Assembly (NCBI GenBank): GCA_038279365.1
Contig: JAYODI010000077.1
Coordinates: 1,777 to 27,805, forward strand
Direction of reading: 5' to 3'
DNA: 26,029 bases
From: Candidatus Latescibacterota bacterium
GTDB taxonomy: Bacteria; Latescibacterota; UBA2968
Below the pieces are notes generated by a model, which was not told the DNA's origin, did no database searches, and saw only the letters and a list, made by a program, of their open reading frames with translations. Shown in pieces: positions 8,483-17,469 of this stretch. Positions within the stretch are counted from its first letter, which is position 1; each line of letters opens with the position of its first letter. The position numbers and the translations under genes were made by a program.

Positions 8483-8544
8483 GATGTGATAGGCTTGTTG
8501 AACGGTCAAATGATCGGCCCTTATATGTTGGTGAAACGTGAAGA

Positions 8545-8570
8545 TAGCGGCAGACTCAGGCCTGCCGCTA
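8545..8570. terminator. GC-rich hairpin downstream of the first heparinase-like gene (possible terminator or processing stem)
   Basis: TAGCGGCAG/CTGCCGCTA forms a 9-bp stem with an 8-nt loop. The U-tail on the minus strand is weak. Confidence 0.4.
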
Positions 8571-8611
8571 AAAAGATAAGGTCGCTTTGGAATAAAACGT
8601 TTTGTAAATGT

Positions 8612-10501
8612 TTAACGGGTGATGCGAAATTGCCACGTGTCGTGTAACTTACGCACCTTTTCTGCAAAAGTGATTCGGTTGAGATGGTCTCCCCAAACGT
8701 TTAGCATTCGGGTGTCGGTAATGGAAATTTTTTCGACAGATACATCGAAAAGGTCTGTGTTGTAATAAACAGTTGCAGAACCTGTGAGACGGTCTTTTCC
8801 AAAGGGTGTTTCTTTTAATAAAAGCGTATCGTCTTGGATGGTCACATCACAAGGCGTGATCATGTGCATGCTCATTTCATGGAGCACAGCACGCAGGTCA
8901 AATTGATCGGTGATGGTGACTTCTTCACCCCGAATGAGGCTGATGGTGCGGTTCCAATTTTTGATGGCAGCCTCTTTGGGATAAGCCGTGGCCAAGTCGA
9001 GAAAAAAATCGACTTGGTCTTCACCGGGTGTGTAAGATACACGAGATGCGGCAAACGCACGCCCTGGTAATTGTTGGATGCCGTTGACCGTGGGCAAGGT
9101 ATGGTAAGCCGATTGCATGGTCCAGATGTCGTAGCGTTGCGGGCTGAATGTTTTGGCGGTGTAAGTTTCGACACCTGCATCTACGAGCACGGGTTTGCCA
9201 TCGATATAAACGATCACATTGCCCACATCGTTGTGGTTGTGGCTTTCGGCGTTGTGACCGCCTTTGGCTGCCACGTAAAACCCGTCACTTGAACCGGCTG
9301 TGTCACGTGTGGCAAAAAATTGAATGCCATCGAGCCAAACATCACGGGGCAATGGTGTGTTGGGTTCGGTGTTGAGCAGATCTTTGAGGGTAAAGGCCGC
9401 AGGTAAAAACCGCCCAAGGCTGTCTCCTAAAGTGCTTTGGCCCACATCACTTTTTTGTGCGGCCCACGCACCAAAGGATGCCATATCGGGGTCGCCAATG
9501 GCTTTGCCATATCGGTAGACCAAAGACGCAGAGGGAGAGACGATGGCAGAGGCATCTGCAAAGTTGACAAAGTAGTCGTTGGCAATTTGAGCGCGGTAGA
9601 TAAATTGGCCCATATTGCGAATAAGCGATTGGGTGAAGATGTCGATGGCACCGTTGGTGGCGCTGTGCAAAAGTTCGAGGTTGTCAAACAAAGATGCGGC
9701 GGCTCGGCCCCAATAGCCAGGGCCTTCATCGCATCCGCCATCGCTGTGATAGCTGTTGATAAAAGCGTCCAAACAGTGGAGGATTTTGTCGGTGGCTGCG
9801 ACGCGGCGCAAGGGATCTGCTTCGAGCACGAGCACACTTGTAAGCCAGTTGGAGCAAATCCAAGGGGTCCAGTTGTTGACACGGGGCTCGTTATACGAGG
9901 GGTGGTTGTGTATGCCCATCCACCAAAAGTCGTCGCGTTCGAGGCAGGGGGTGATCACACGGCGTTGGGCTTCATCGAGAATACGGGGGCGAATGAGGTC
10001 GGAGACGGTGTCGAGTGTGTCACCGAGCAAATAGGTGGCCCATGTGAGCAGGCTCACGGTTTCGGCAACAAAGAGGTCTACGGTTATGTCGTGAATGTCG
10101 GGCAATCCTGCACCTTTTTTTTGCATATAAAGATGTGCAGGCACGCCCCAATAGGTTTCTTCACACGTGGTCCAAATACCGTTGGCAATGTCGTCTAAGA
10201 AGCGGCCTTTGTTTTCTAAACATTCGGCAATGATGAGGTCTCGCAAGGTGTTGCGTCGTGCGTTGCGCACGTCTTGATAATTGCTGCGGTTGCCATTGCG
10301 GGCAAATTGCAGAAAGAGGTTGGCGGGTAACCCTGGCCATGTATATCCGAGTGCATCTTCACCGGCTTTGATGTGGGCATTTATGACGGGCTCTGGCAAA
10401 GCTGCCCACGCATCGCGTTCTTTGATGGTAGGATAAGGGTGCCATTGGTCTTTTGAGATGAGTATTTTTTCGAGTCTGTCAGCGTAGCGTTCAGATAACA
10501 T
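8612..10501 (-). CDS. Heparinase II/III-like polysaccharide/oligosaccharide lyase, paralogue 1 (no signal peptide)
   Basis: NNWTPW, DGGCDEGPGYW, VNFADA, GGHNAESHNHNDVG, DAGVETY and HTLPTVNG motifs. AAGGAG RBS upstream. Confidence 0.82.
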   Translation of the reverse strand: MLSERYADRLEKILISKDQWHPYPTIKERDAWAALPEPVINAHIKAGEDALGYTWPGLPANLFLQFARNGNRSNYQDVRNARRNTLRDLIIAECLENKGRFLDDIANGIWTTCEETYWGVPAHLYMQKKGAGLPDIHDITVDLFVAETVSLLTWATYLLGDTLDTVSDLIRPRILDEAQRRVITPCLERDDFWWMGIHNHPSYNEPRVNNWTPWICSNWLTSVLVLEADPLRRVAATDKILHCLDAFINSYHSDGGCDEGPGYWGRAAASLFDNLELLHSATNGAIDIFTQSLIRNMGQFIYRAQIANDYFVNFADASAIVSPSASLVYRYGKAIGDPDMASFGAWAAQKSDVGQSTLGDSLGRFLPAAFTLKDLLNTEPNTPLPRDVWLDGIQFFATRDTAGSSDGFYVAAKGGHNAESHNHNDVGNVIVYIDGKPVLVDAGVETYTAKTFSPQRYDIWTMQSAYHTLPTVNGIQQLPGRAFAASRVSYTPGEDQVDFFLDLATAYPKEAAIKNWNRTISLIRGEEVTITDQFDLRAVLHEMSMHMITPCDVTIQDDTLLLKETPFGKDRLTGSATVYYNTDLFDVSVEKISITDTRMLNVWGDHLNRITFAEKVRKLHDTWQFRITR

Positions 10502-10742
10502 CTTGTGACTCCTTAACAGAATCTTTCATGAAAGGGTTGTCATATGGTCTGGCATACAGGTTCCACGCAATAACGAACATTTTTAATATACCTTTTTAAA
10601 TTGCTATTTGAAAAGGCGAGGCCGATTTTTTCTTAAAAAAAGTATGTGTTAATAGGTTCCTGTCACTTGTTTTCAAGTTTATGGCTCACAATCCAATCTG
10701 CAGTTTAGTCTCCCATATTTGGTGTGCAAAAATATGCTCGGT

Positions 10743-12812
10743 TTAATTTTTCTTTTCAACTTTTAAATCACACAGTTGCTGTTTGGGAAGTGTAAATGAA
10801 AAGGTGGTTCGCGGACCTGAAACGGTGAAGGTGTCGGTGGCAATTGTTTTGCCTTGAGATGTGAGCGTGTACGTGTAGTTCCCGGGTTTGAGCAAATAAA
10901 ACTCGGCACCCATTTTTCGATCTGTGTTGCCAAAGTGATAGAGTTGGGCCTGAAGGTGGTGTGTGCTGTGGTCAGTGACCAAGGCGGCTATATTTTGTGG
11001 GATGGTTTTCCAACGTACGGCATTGAGTGGGAAATATTGTGGGTTGCCAAAGTCACCTGTGACGGTGCTGTAGAGCAAACCGAGATCTGGGCGTGGTGTG
11101 GGCGATTTGAGGTAATGGTTGGCATATTTGCTGTGATAGGCCATCACGCGGTCTGTCCAGCGCACTTCACTGGTGTAGGCTTCGCGGTCGTGGCGAAAGG
11201 CTTGGGTGGTTTGTTCGAGTGATTGATGAATGCGATTGGGGTCTTGTGTGAGGCGATATTGCACATATCCATTGGCATCTTGTTGGAGCAAATGGTCAAA
11301 TTGTGTATCGCCTGTGAGGAGGCGGTATTTGCCAAGGGTGTCGGATAAAAAGCCCATTTTGGAAGCGCACCAAGCTGCTGTGCCAGGTTCTGGGTTGGGG
11401 ATGGGGTTGGCCAAATATGTGGCGCGAATGGTGGCCATAGATTGGATGGGCGCGAGGTATTTGGGGTTGCCAGTGATGTGATAGGTTTGTAGGAGGGTGC
11501 TGGTCATCATGCTCATGGCGCTGGGAAATTGATAGAGCGTGGCTTCGCGGTGATTTTGTGGATCCCACCAGTTTTCACCCAAGCCCCCTATTTGGCCATC
11601 GGGCCAATGAATGGCCGATGGCAGAATGCCTGCGGGTTTGCCACGTTCAGCACGTGCTGTGGCATCAACCCACGTGTCCATCCAGGTGCTAAAGAGTTGG
11701 GTGAGTTCAGGGTTTTGTGTGCGAAGCCAGAGTAAGAGTGCTGGTTGCACGGCTCTGGGGTGATAGACAGTGTCGCAAGCACGTTGCGGATCGGGGTGGA
11801 CGGTTTTTGAAGTGAAGTAGGTGCTTTTAAATTGTAATTGACCGCGTTGGTTGATGCCTGTCCAGAGGTCTTTCATGAGTATTGCAAGGTGTTGGGCGCG
11901 TTTTTGCCAAAGGGCGTCGTCAGGAGCTACATGCATCATGGCCGTGCCGGTGTCGCCTGAATCTTCGGCAGAGTGTTCCACATCGGTCATTTGAGAAGTG
12001 TAACCGCCTGCCATACGATCAAGTGCAAAGAGGCCATTGGAGATGGTGGCTTGGGCAGTGTTGATTTTCGGGTCATCAAAGCCGATGAGTAGGGTGGACC
12101 AGTGCCGCCACATTTCGACATCGTCTCCCCAACCGCCACCAAATTGGCCATCGGGCATTTGGCGCTCGTCGATCCAAAAGTAGAGGATATCGGCTAATTT
12201 TTCGAGCGATTCGCGTTGTTGATTGGCCCAATTAGGGGCATTGGGGTCGGGTGGGTTGATGGCTGGCCAGGGTATGGGGTTTTCGAGGTACATGCCAATG
12301 ATGTGATTTTTTGGAAAAGCGGCTTGAGATATGTTGAGGAGTTTGCGTGCTTCGGAGTAATATTGTTGGCGGGTTTCAAGGTTGTGATAGAGGCCCCCAC
12401 TTTGAACAGGGCGCTGGATGAGCATTCGGCCCATATACCACGCCCAGATGGGATAAAGCGGTGATGTGGACGAAATTTGAGTGGGGTTTTCCCAATAGGC
12501 ACGCACACTGGCATTGATAAAGCTACACAAATAACCATTTTCGGCAGCACGGGTCTGTTCGTCAGATGACCAATATCGTTCACGGCCATTGGCCCATTTG
12601 TCAACCAGCGGGAGAACGATGTTGAGGTCTGTGCGGAGTTGCTCGGGTAGATTTTTCTGCTGAGATAATTGGGTAAGCATTTGGTAACGGTCTTTTTCAC
12701 TGATGGCATTGCCCGCTTGTTGAATGAGGTCTTTTGGGGTTTGGGCGTGGGGGGGCGTTGTAGAGGCGAAAATGAGGGCGGTTAATAGGGTAATGATTGT
12801 TGGGCAGTTCAT
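10743..12812 (-). CDS. Uncharacterised secreted protein, 689 aa (possible alpha/alpha-barrel carbohydrate-active enzyme)
   Basis: Long ORF with native codon bias and GAGGA RBS. Signal peptide MNCPTIITLLTALIFASTTPPHAQ. Trp-rich core with RQMPDGQFGGGWGDDVEMW and DVEH, and a beta-rich C-terminus. Confidence 0.75.
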   Translation of the reverse strand: MNCPTIITLLTALIFASTTPPHAQTPKDLIQQAGNAISEKDRYQMLTQLSQQKNLPEQLRTDLNIVLPLVDKWANGRERYWSSDEQTRAAENGYLCSFINASVRAYWENPTQISSTSPLYPIWAWYMGRMLIQRPVQSGGLYHNLETRQQYYSEARKLLNISQAAFPKNHIIGMYLENPIPWPAINPPDPNAPNWANQQRESLEKLADILYFWIDERQMPDGQFGGGWGDDVEMWRHWSTLLIGFDDPKINTAQATISNGLFALDRMAGGYTSQMTDVEHSAEDSGDTGTAMMHVAPDDALWQKRAQHLAILMKDLWTGINQRGQLQFKSTYFTSKTVHPDPQRACDTVYHPRAVQPALLLWLRTQNPELTQLFSTWMDTWVDATARAERGKPAGILPSAIHWPDGQIGGLGENWWDPQNHREATLYQFPSAMSMMTSTLLQTYHITGNPKYLAPIQSMATIRATYLANPIPNPEPGTAAWCASKMGFLSDTLGKYRLLTGDTQFDHLLQQDANGYVQYRLTQDPNRIHQSLEQTTQAFRHDREAYTSEVRWTDRVMAYHSKYANHYLKSPTPRPDLGLLYSTVTGDFGNPQYFPLNAVRWKTIPQNIAALVTDHSTHHLQAQLYHFGNTDRKMGAEFYLLKPGNYTYTLTSQGKTIATDTFTVSGPRTTFSFTLPKQQLCDLKVEKKN

Positions 12813-12867
12813 ATGATCCTCTTAATAAGCGTGTTTTGATCTGTGTTAAAGACCTTAGCAAGGTACG

Positions 12868-12887
12868 TTGCATTTTTGAAAATGCAA
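12868..12887. promoter_or_regulatory. Palindromic candidate operator upstream of the 689-aa gene
   Basis: TTGCATTTT-TG-AAAATGCAA has perfect 9-bp arms and lies 55 nt upstream of the start codon. Confidence 0.35.
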
Positions 12888-13120
12888 GTTGAGAAATGGC
12901 ATCCATAGAGCCTGATTTGTTCAGATTTGCGTGACCATGAATTTCGACCTTACAAATTTATCTTTATGTAAATAAAATTTAATTTTTTATATCATTTACA
13001 AATAAAAAAGGTTTAATCTTTTAGATTATACTAAGTAGTATCTTATAAAAAATGCCATTTTGTTTTTGAAGCGGTGCATAGATGTGGTTTTGTTGAATCA
13101 TCCCAAATACGCTTGGTCAT

Positions 13121-15058
13121 TCAATGGCTGGGTAGGCGGCTTTGTGCGCGAGCGAAGTTTTTGGCAGCATTTTGATGGTTGGGAGCTATGCGTAAGGCTT
13201 CGGCAAATTGTGTTGCTGCTGCTTCCAAATCGCCACGTATGGCTAAAATTATGCCTAAGTTGTTGTGGGCATCTGCGTGATTGGGGTCCAGTTTCAGCGT
13301 GGTTCGATATGCTGTTTCGGCTTGTGCATATTGTCTAAGGTCTTCAAGCACAATGCCCAAATCATAGTAGGCTTCAACTTGTGTTTGATCCAGACGGATG
13401 GCGGTTTCAAGTGCTTCACGTGCTTTCATTTTTTGGCCCAACTCCGATAGGAGTGAGCCATAACCTTGATATATGGCAGCATTCCAAGGAGCCAAACGCA
13501 CGGCTTCTTGATAATGAAAAAGTGCCGCCTGATTGTTCCCCGTTCTTCGGTTTAGGGTCGCTTTGTGAAAATGGGTTTCGCCATCTTCTGATGTTGTGGT
13601 TACTGCACGGTCAATGAGTTGTTTGGCTTCTTTTTCTTTGCCTGCCCACATTAAAACCCGCGATAAATTTTTGAGGGCCATGGCATGGGTTTGTTCGTCT
13701 AATGTGTTCTCAACTTGTTCGCTTATTTTTGTGATTGTGGCATCGTTCCAAGTTGTAACTGGGGTAACAATGTTTTCATCGGTCATTTTTTTGATGAGTG
13801 CTAATGCAAGGATGCGGTTCCCTTCAATTGTTGGGTGTACATGGTCTAAAAATAATTCTGATCCAGGAATGCCATCGGGCGAGTGTTCTCTGACGATCTG
13901 CACAAAGTCTACAAGGCCAGTCTCTTTTTCTTGAGCGACTTCGATAACTATTTTTCGAATGGGTGTTATGGCGCGCAGGGGACAAATGTCTTCATCGCGT
14001 GCTTTGATTAACGCTTGATGTGCTTCTTGGGGTTGTCCCAAGTTTTTAAGTGCTTGACCGTGGGCGTACAATAACTGAGCATCCCTGCTTACAAACTTGA
14101 GTGCCTGTTCGGTAATTGCCAGTGCGCGTTTATAATGTTCTTCTTCTAATGCTTGATTTGCAATCCATTTGAGTGAGTCCGCTTTTTGGATGTGTGGCTT
14201 ATTTGCTTGAGGGCCAGGCTCTGCTTTAAAGGGCGAGAAGTCTCCAATGTTGGAAGCTGGTGTTACCAGAATCAGTTTTGCACCCGCACGTTTGGCCATG
14301 AAGGTCATGCGCATTAAGCTGGTTTGATAGTGATCCAAAATGGCATCACGCATGTCGTCATCTCTGTGATAAGCATCAGGACCTACAGAGCGATCAAGCA
14401 CAGCTTTGACTTCGGTTGAGAGTATGGCACTGCGTTCATAGACAGCACTTTGTTCATAGGTAACATCATGAAGCACACTGTATGTGCGCAGGTGTGATGC
14501 CAGTGTTGCAAGATTGCGTATGGTTTCGGGTGTGCGCAACATTTTGTCATATGTGCGTTGCTCAAGAAATTCGTTGTGCCCCGAATAGACAATGAACATA
14601 TCTGGTTCATATTCAATCAGCTCTTCCATTATTCGAGCGACACGATAGCTGGCATAACTGATGCCACCTGCATTAATTACTTCCCATCGGCGAGTGGGAT
14701 CAACAGAGGGCAGGAATTCACGTAACCAACCCGAAAATGAGGTGCGATCATCATAGGGTCGGCCATAGGTTGTTGATCCACCCAAGCAGAAGACACGGGT
14801 TGTACCTGGGGCTTTGTGTACGGGAAAGCGTTGTGGATTGAACCACCGTGTTTTGTTGGGCGCAGTTTCGTAGATTTCGCCAAAACCAGGCATTGTGCGT
14901 TTGACAAATAGAGGCGCATAACTCGAAAATCCGACAAATGGGTCAGCCCGTTCATAGAGTGGCACCACACCAACGGCCATTAAGATGAATTCCAAGCACA
15001 CAAAAAATGCGGCGGCGATACCACAACCCATTGCAAGTTTTTTTATTGTTTCGGTCAT
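13121..15058 (-). CDS. Membrane-anchored SGNH/GDSL hydrolase-domain protein with C-terminal TPR repeats
   Basis: N-terminal TM helix; SGNH blocks CLGGSTTYG, INAGGISYAS, YSGHNEF and DHVHP; TPRs (AYYDLGIVL, AHNNLGIIL). Start is taken at ATG 15058; TTG 15079 is possible. Confidence 0.82.
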   Translation of the reverse strand: MTETIKKLAMGCGIAAAFFVCLEFILMAVGVVPLYERADPFVGFSSYAPLFVKRTMPGFGEIYETAPNKTRWFNPQRFPVHKAPGTTRVFCLGGSTTYGRPYDDRTSFSGWLREFLPSVDPTRRWEVINAGGISYASYRVARIMEELIEYEPDMFIVYSGHNEFLEQRTYDKMLRTPETIRNLATLASHLRTYSVLHDVTYEQSAVYERSAILSTEVKAVLDRSVGPDAYHRDDDMRDAILDHYQTSLMRMTFMAKRAGAKLILVTPASNIGDFSPFKAEPGPQANKPHIQKADSLKWIANQALEEEHYKRALAITEQALKFVSRDAQLLYAHGQALKNLGQPQEAHQALIKARDEDICPLRAITPIRKIVIEVAQEKETGLVDFVQIVREHSPDGIPGSELFLDHVHPTIEGNRILALALIKKMTDENIVTPVTTWNDATITKISEQVENTLDEQTHAMALKNLSRVLMWAGKEKEAKQLIDRAVTTTSEDGETHFHKATLNRRTGNNQAALFHYQEAVRLAPWNAAIYQGYGSLLSELGQKMKAREALETAIRLDQTQVEAYYDLGIVLEDLRQYAQAETAYRTTLKLDPNHADAHNNLGIILAIRGDLEAAATQFAEALRIAPNHQNAAKNFARAQSRLPSH

Positions 15059-15376
15059 ATCGCAACTCTTTGGAAACAAAGCATAGGCGTTTTTTGTGGG
15101 AAGATAGCATTTTGTCTCTTAAATTTGGCCTTTTTAAAACATACCTCAAAAATAAAAGAAAGACAAAATGGAAGCACGACAGAGCACCAGTCTCTCCCTC
15201 AATTCGCTTTGCAGATTTGTGATCTGCGTAGATTTTTTGTGTATTATATATTTTTTATTCCCACATCAAACAATAGCTTTTTGTAGGTGCCCAACGCCAT
15301 TTTTTTGACCCTCCAGCTTTTGGGACTTCCCGATTCATCAATACAGATTGATAGCACGAACAATCATTTCGAAGTT

Positions 15377-15410
15377 CGCCCGCTTTCTTTGTTTTTAAAG
15401 AAAGCGGGCG
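15377..15410. terminator. Strong hairpin 14 nt downstream of heparinase-like paralogue 2
   Basis: Perfect 14-bp stem CGCCCGCTTTCTTT/AAAGAAAGCGGGCG with a 6-nt loop; poor U-tail. Confidence 0.55.
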
Positions 15411-15424
15411 TTGAAGGAAGGTAT

Positions 15425-17344
15425 TTATCGTGTAAGTTTCAACGTATACGCACCCTGCGTTTGCGGCGATTTGATTTTGAAGAGGATGCGGGTGAGTTGT
15501 TGACCCCAAATGGTTTTGAGGCGGGCGTCTTCGATGGGTTTGGGTTCGATGGTGATATCAAAGAGGTCTTTATCAATGTGAAGTGTGGCACTGCCAGAGG
15601 TGCGTCCATCGGCTAAGGGGGCTTCTTTGAGAGACAGCGTGTTGACATCTGTGATTTCGACCGCACAAGCGGTGAGCATATTGAGCGTGAGGTCGCCTGT
15701 TATTTTTTTGAGGTCGTATTGATCGTGAAGGATAATGTCTTGACCGCGATTTAAGGTGATGGTGCGTTTATAAGAGTTGACTTCGGCTTCGGGTGGATAG
15801 GCATTGGCAATGTCTAAGGAGAAAGTGGCCGATGCGTCGTTGGATTGGTATTGGACGTCGCGGGCGGCGATGTCGTATTTGTATTCGATGCCTTTTGCAG
15901 AATAGATGCGGCCAGGAATTTGGAGGTGACCGTTGATGGTGGGCAGGGTGTGATAGCCCGAATTCATGGTCCAAATGGAATAACGTTCACTGCTAAATGT
16001 TTTGGCAGTGTAGACTTCAACGCCGGCGTCGACGAGCACGGGTTTGCCATCTATGCTCACAACGAGGTGACCGATGTCATTGTGGTTGTGGCTTTCGGCG
16101 TTGTGACCTCCTTTGGCACCTACAAAGAAACCATCTGTTGATCCTTTTTTGTCGCGGGCAACAAAGACTTCAATTTCGTCGAGAAAGACGTCACGGGGTA
16201 ATGGGGGTGTGGCATCGGCCTTGAGAGCTTCGTCAATGGTAAAGAGCGCAGGCAAGCCACGGCCCATACTGCCAAACCCTTCGGAGATGCCTTTTTCACC
16301 CACGTTTTGTATTTGTGCAGCCCAGGCCCCTAAGGCCATCATGTCGGGGTCGTTGATGCGCTTGCCATAGCCATAGGTGACGGCAAAGGCGGGTGTGACC
16401 ATGGGGGAGGCATCGGCAAAGTTGATAAAGTAGCGGTTGGCAATTTGGACGCGATAAATAAATTTGCCAATGTTTTGCACCAAGGGTTCGCCATAGATAT
16501 TGATTTGCCCATTGCTGGCACTGTAGAGCCATTCGAGGCAGTCATACAAAGAAGCACCTGCACGCCCCCAATATCCTGGGCCTTCGTCACAACCGCCGTC
16601 TGTTGGGTACGGATCAATAAAGTTGTCCACCGTGCGCATGGCTTTAAAAGTGGCGGCAATGCGGCGGTCTTCATCGTGTTCAATGAGCAGGTTGGAGGTC
16701 AACCAGTTGGAGACAATCCAGGGGTTCCAATTGTTTACACGGTTGCCGCTAAAGCCCATCCAGCCAAAATCGTCGCGTTCAAGCAGTGGGGTGAGAATGC
16801 GGTATTGAATTTCACGCTCAACACGGGGCACAATGAGGGGCGAGATGGTGTTGAGTTGGTCGCTCAAGAGGTAAATGGCCCAAGCGAGGAGTTCGGAAGT
16901 TTCGGCGGCAAAAAGATCCACAATGGGTTCGGCTGTGTCGGGTAGACCTTTGCCTGCTTTTTGTACACCAATATGTGCGGGTACACCCCAAAAGGATTCT
17001 TCACAAATGCACCAAATGCCGTTGGTAATATCGTCTAAAAAACGGCCTTTGTTTTCGATACATTCGGCAATAACGAGGTCGGCTAAGGCGTTACGGCGAC
17101 CAAAAGTGAGGGCTTCGTATTTGCTTCGGTTGCCGTCGCGGGCATAGTCGAGAAATCGGGTGGCGGGCACAGCGGGCCATTCGAAGTTGAGGCGTTCTTC
17201 GCCGCGTATGATTTGGGCCTTTTGAACGTTTTTGGAAAGTCTGTCCCACCCCGTGCGGTTGTTGGCTGTAGGAAAGGGTTGCCATTGGTTGCGTGGGAGA
17301 AGCAGGTTTTTAAGTTGCGATTCGGTGTATTTTTGCGATAACAT
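15425..17344 (-). CDS. Heparinase II/III-like lyase, paralogue 2 (no signal peptide)
   Basis: Same motifs as 8612-10501 (NNWNPW, DGGCDEGPGYW, GGHNAESHNHNDIG). Start MLSQKY at 17344 has an AAGGAG RBS and aligns with MLSERY of paralogue 1. Confidence 0.82.
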   Translation of the reverse strand: MLSQKYTESQLKNLLLPRNQWQPFPTANNRTGWDRLSKNVQKAQIIRGEERLNFEWPAVPATRFLDYARDGNRSKYEALTFGRRNALADLVIAECIENKGRFLDDITNGIWCICEESFWGVPAHIGVQKAGKGLPDTAEPIVDLFAAETSELLAWAIYLLSDQLNTISPLIVPRVEREIQYRILTPLLERDDFGWMGFSGNRVNNWNPWIVSNWLTSNLLIEHDEDRRIAATFKAMRTVDNFIDPYPTDGGCDEGPGYWGRAGASLYDCLEWLYSASNGQINIYGEPLVQNIGKFIYRVQIANRYFINFADASPMVTPAFAVTYGYGKRINDPDMMALGAWAAQIQNVGEKGISEGFGSMGRGLPALFTIDEALKADATPPLPRDVFLDEIEVFVARDKKGSTDGFFVGAKGGHNAESHNHNDIGHLVVSIDGKPVLVDAGVEVYTAKTFSSERYSIWTMNSGYHTLPTINGHLQIPGRIYSAKGIEYKYDIAARDVQYQSNDASATFSLDIANAYPPEAEVNSYKRTITLNRGQDIILHDQYDLKKITGDLTLNMLTACAVEITDVNTLSLKEAPLADGRTSGSATLHIDKDLFDITIEPKPIEDARLKTIWGQQLTRILFKIKSPQTQGAYTLKLTR

Positions 17345-17418
17345 GTGTTGCTCCTTGTGTTTGTTTTGTGACAAAAAGGAATATGCCATAGTATCGCCAA
17401 TTCAAGTGGCGTTTCAAT

Positions 17419-17454
17419 AAAAAAATCGCCTGATGGACAAGCCATTGGGCGATT
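17419..17454 (-). terminator. Putative intrinsic terminator of the GNAT gene
   Basis: On the minus strand AATCGCC-CA-ATGG-loop-CCAT-CA-GGCGATT is followed by a T-run. Confidence 0.55.
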
Positions 17455-17469
17455 CTGATTTTTGGTGTG

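Noticed and set aside
9183..9259. Identical 20-nt and 29-nt stretches shared with 16032-16108 (possible gene conversion)
   Set aside because: They cover the most conserved motif (GHNAESHNHN), and the strong C-ending codon bias can explain the identity. They are too short to claim conversion.
9437..10198. 253-aa antisense ORF (and similar 16445-16945) mirrored in both lyase paralogues
   Set aside because: These are shadow frames of conserved, codon-biased genes; their similarity follows from the sense-strand homology and they have no recognisable motifs.
14427..14459. 18-nt tandem duplication (YEQSAV/YERSAI) in the SGNH-TPR gene
   Set aside because: Real, but a small in-frame duplication in a probable linker with no evident significance.
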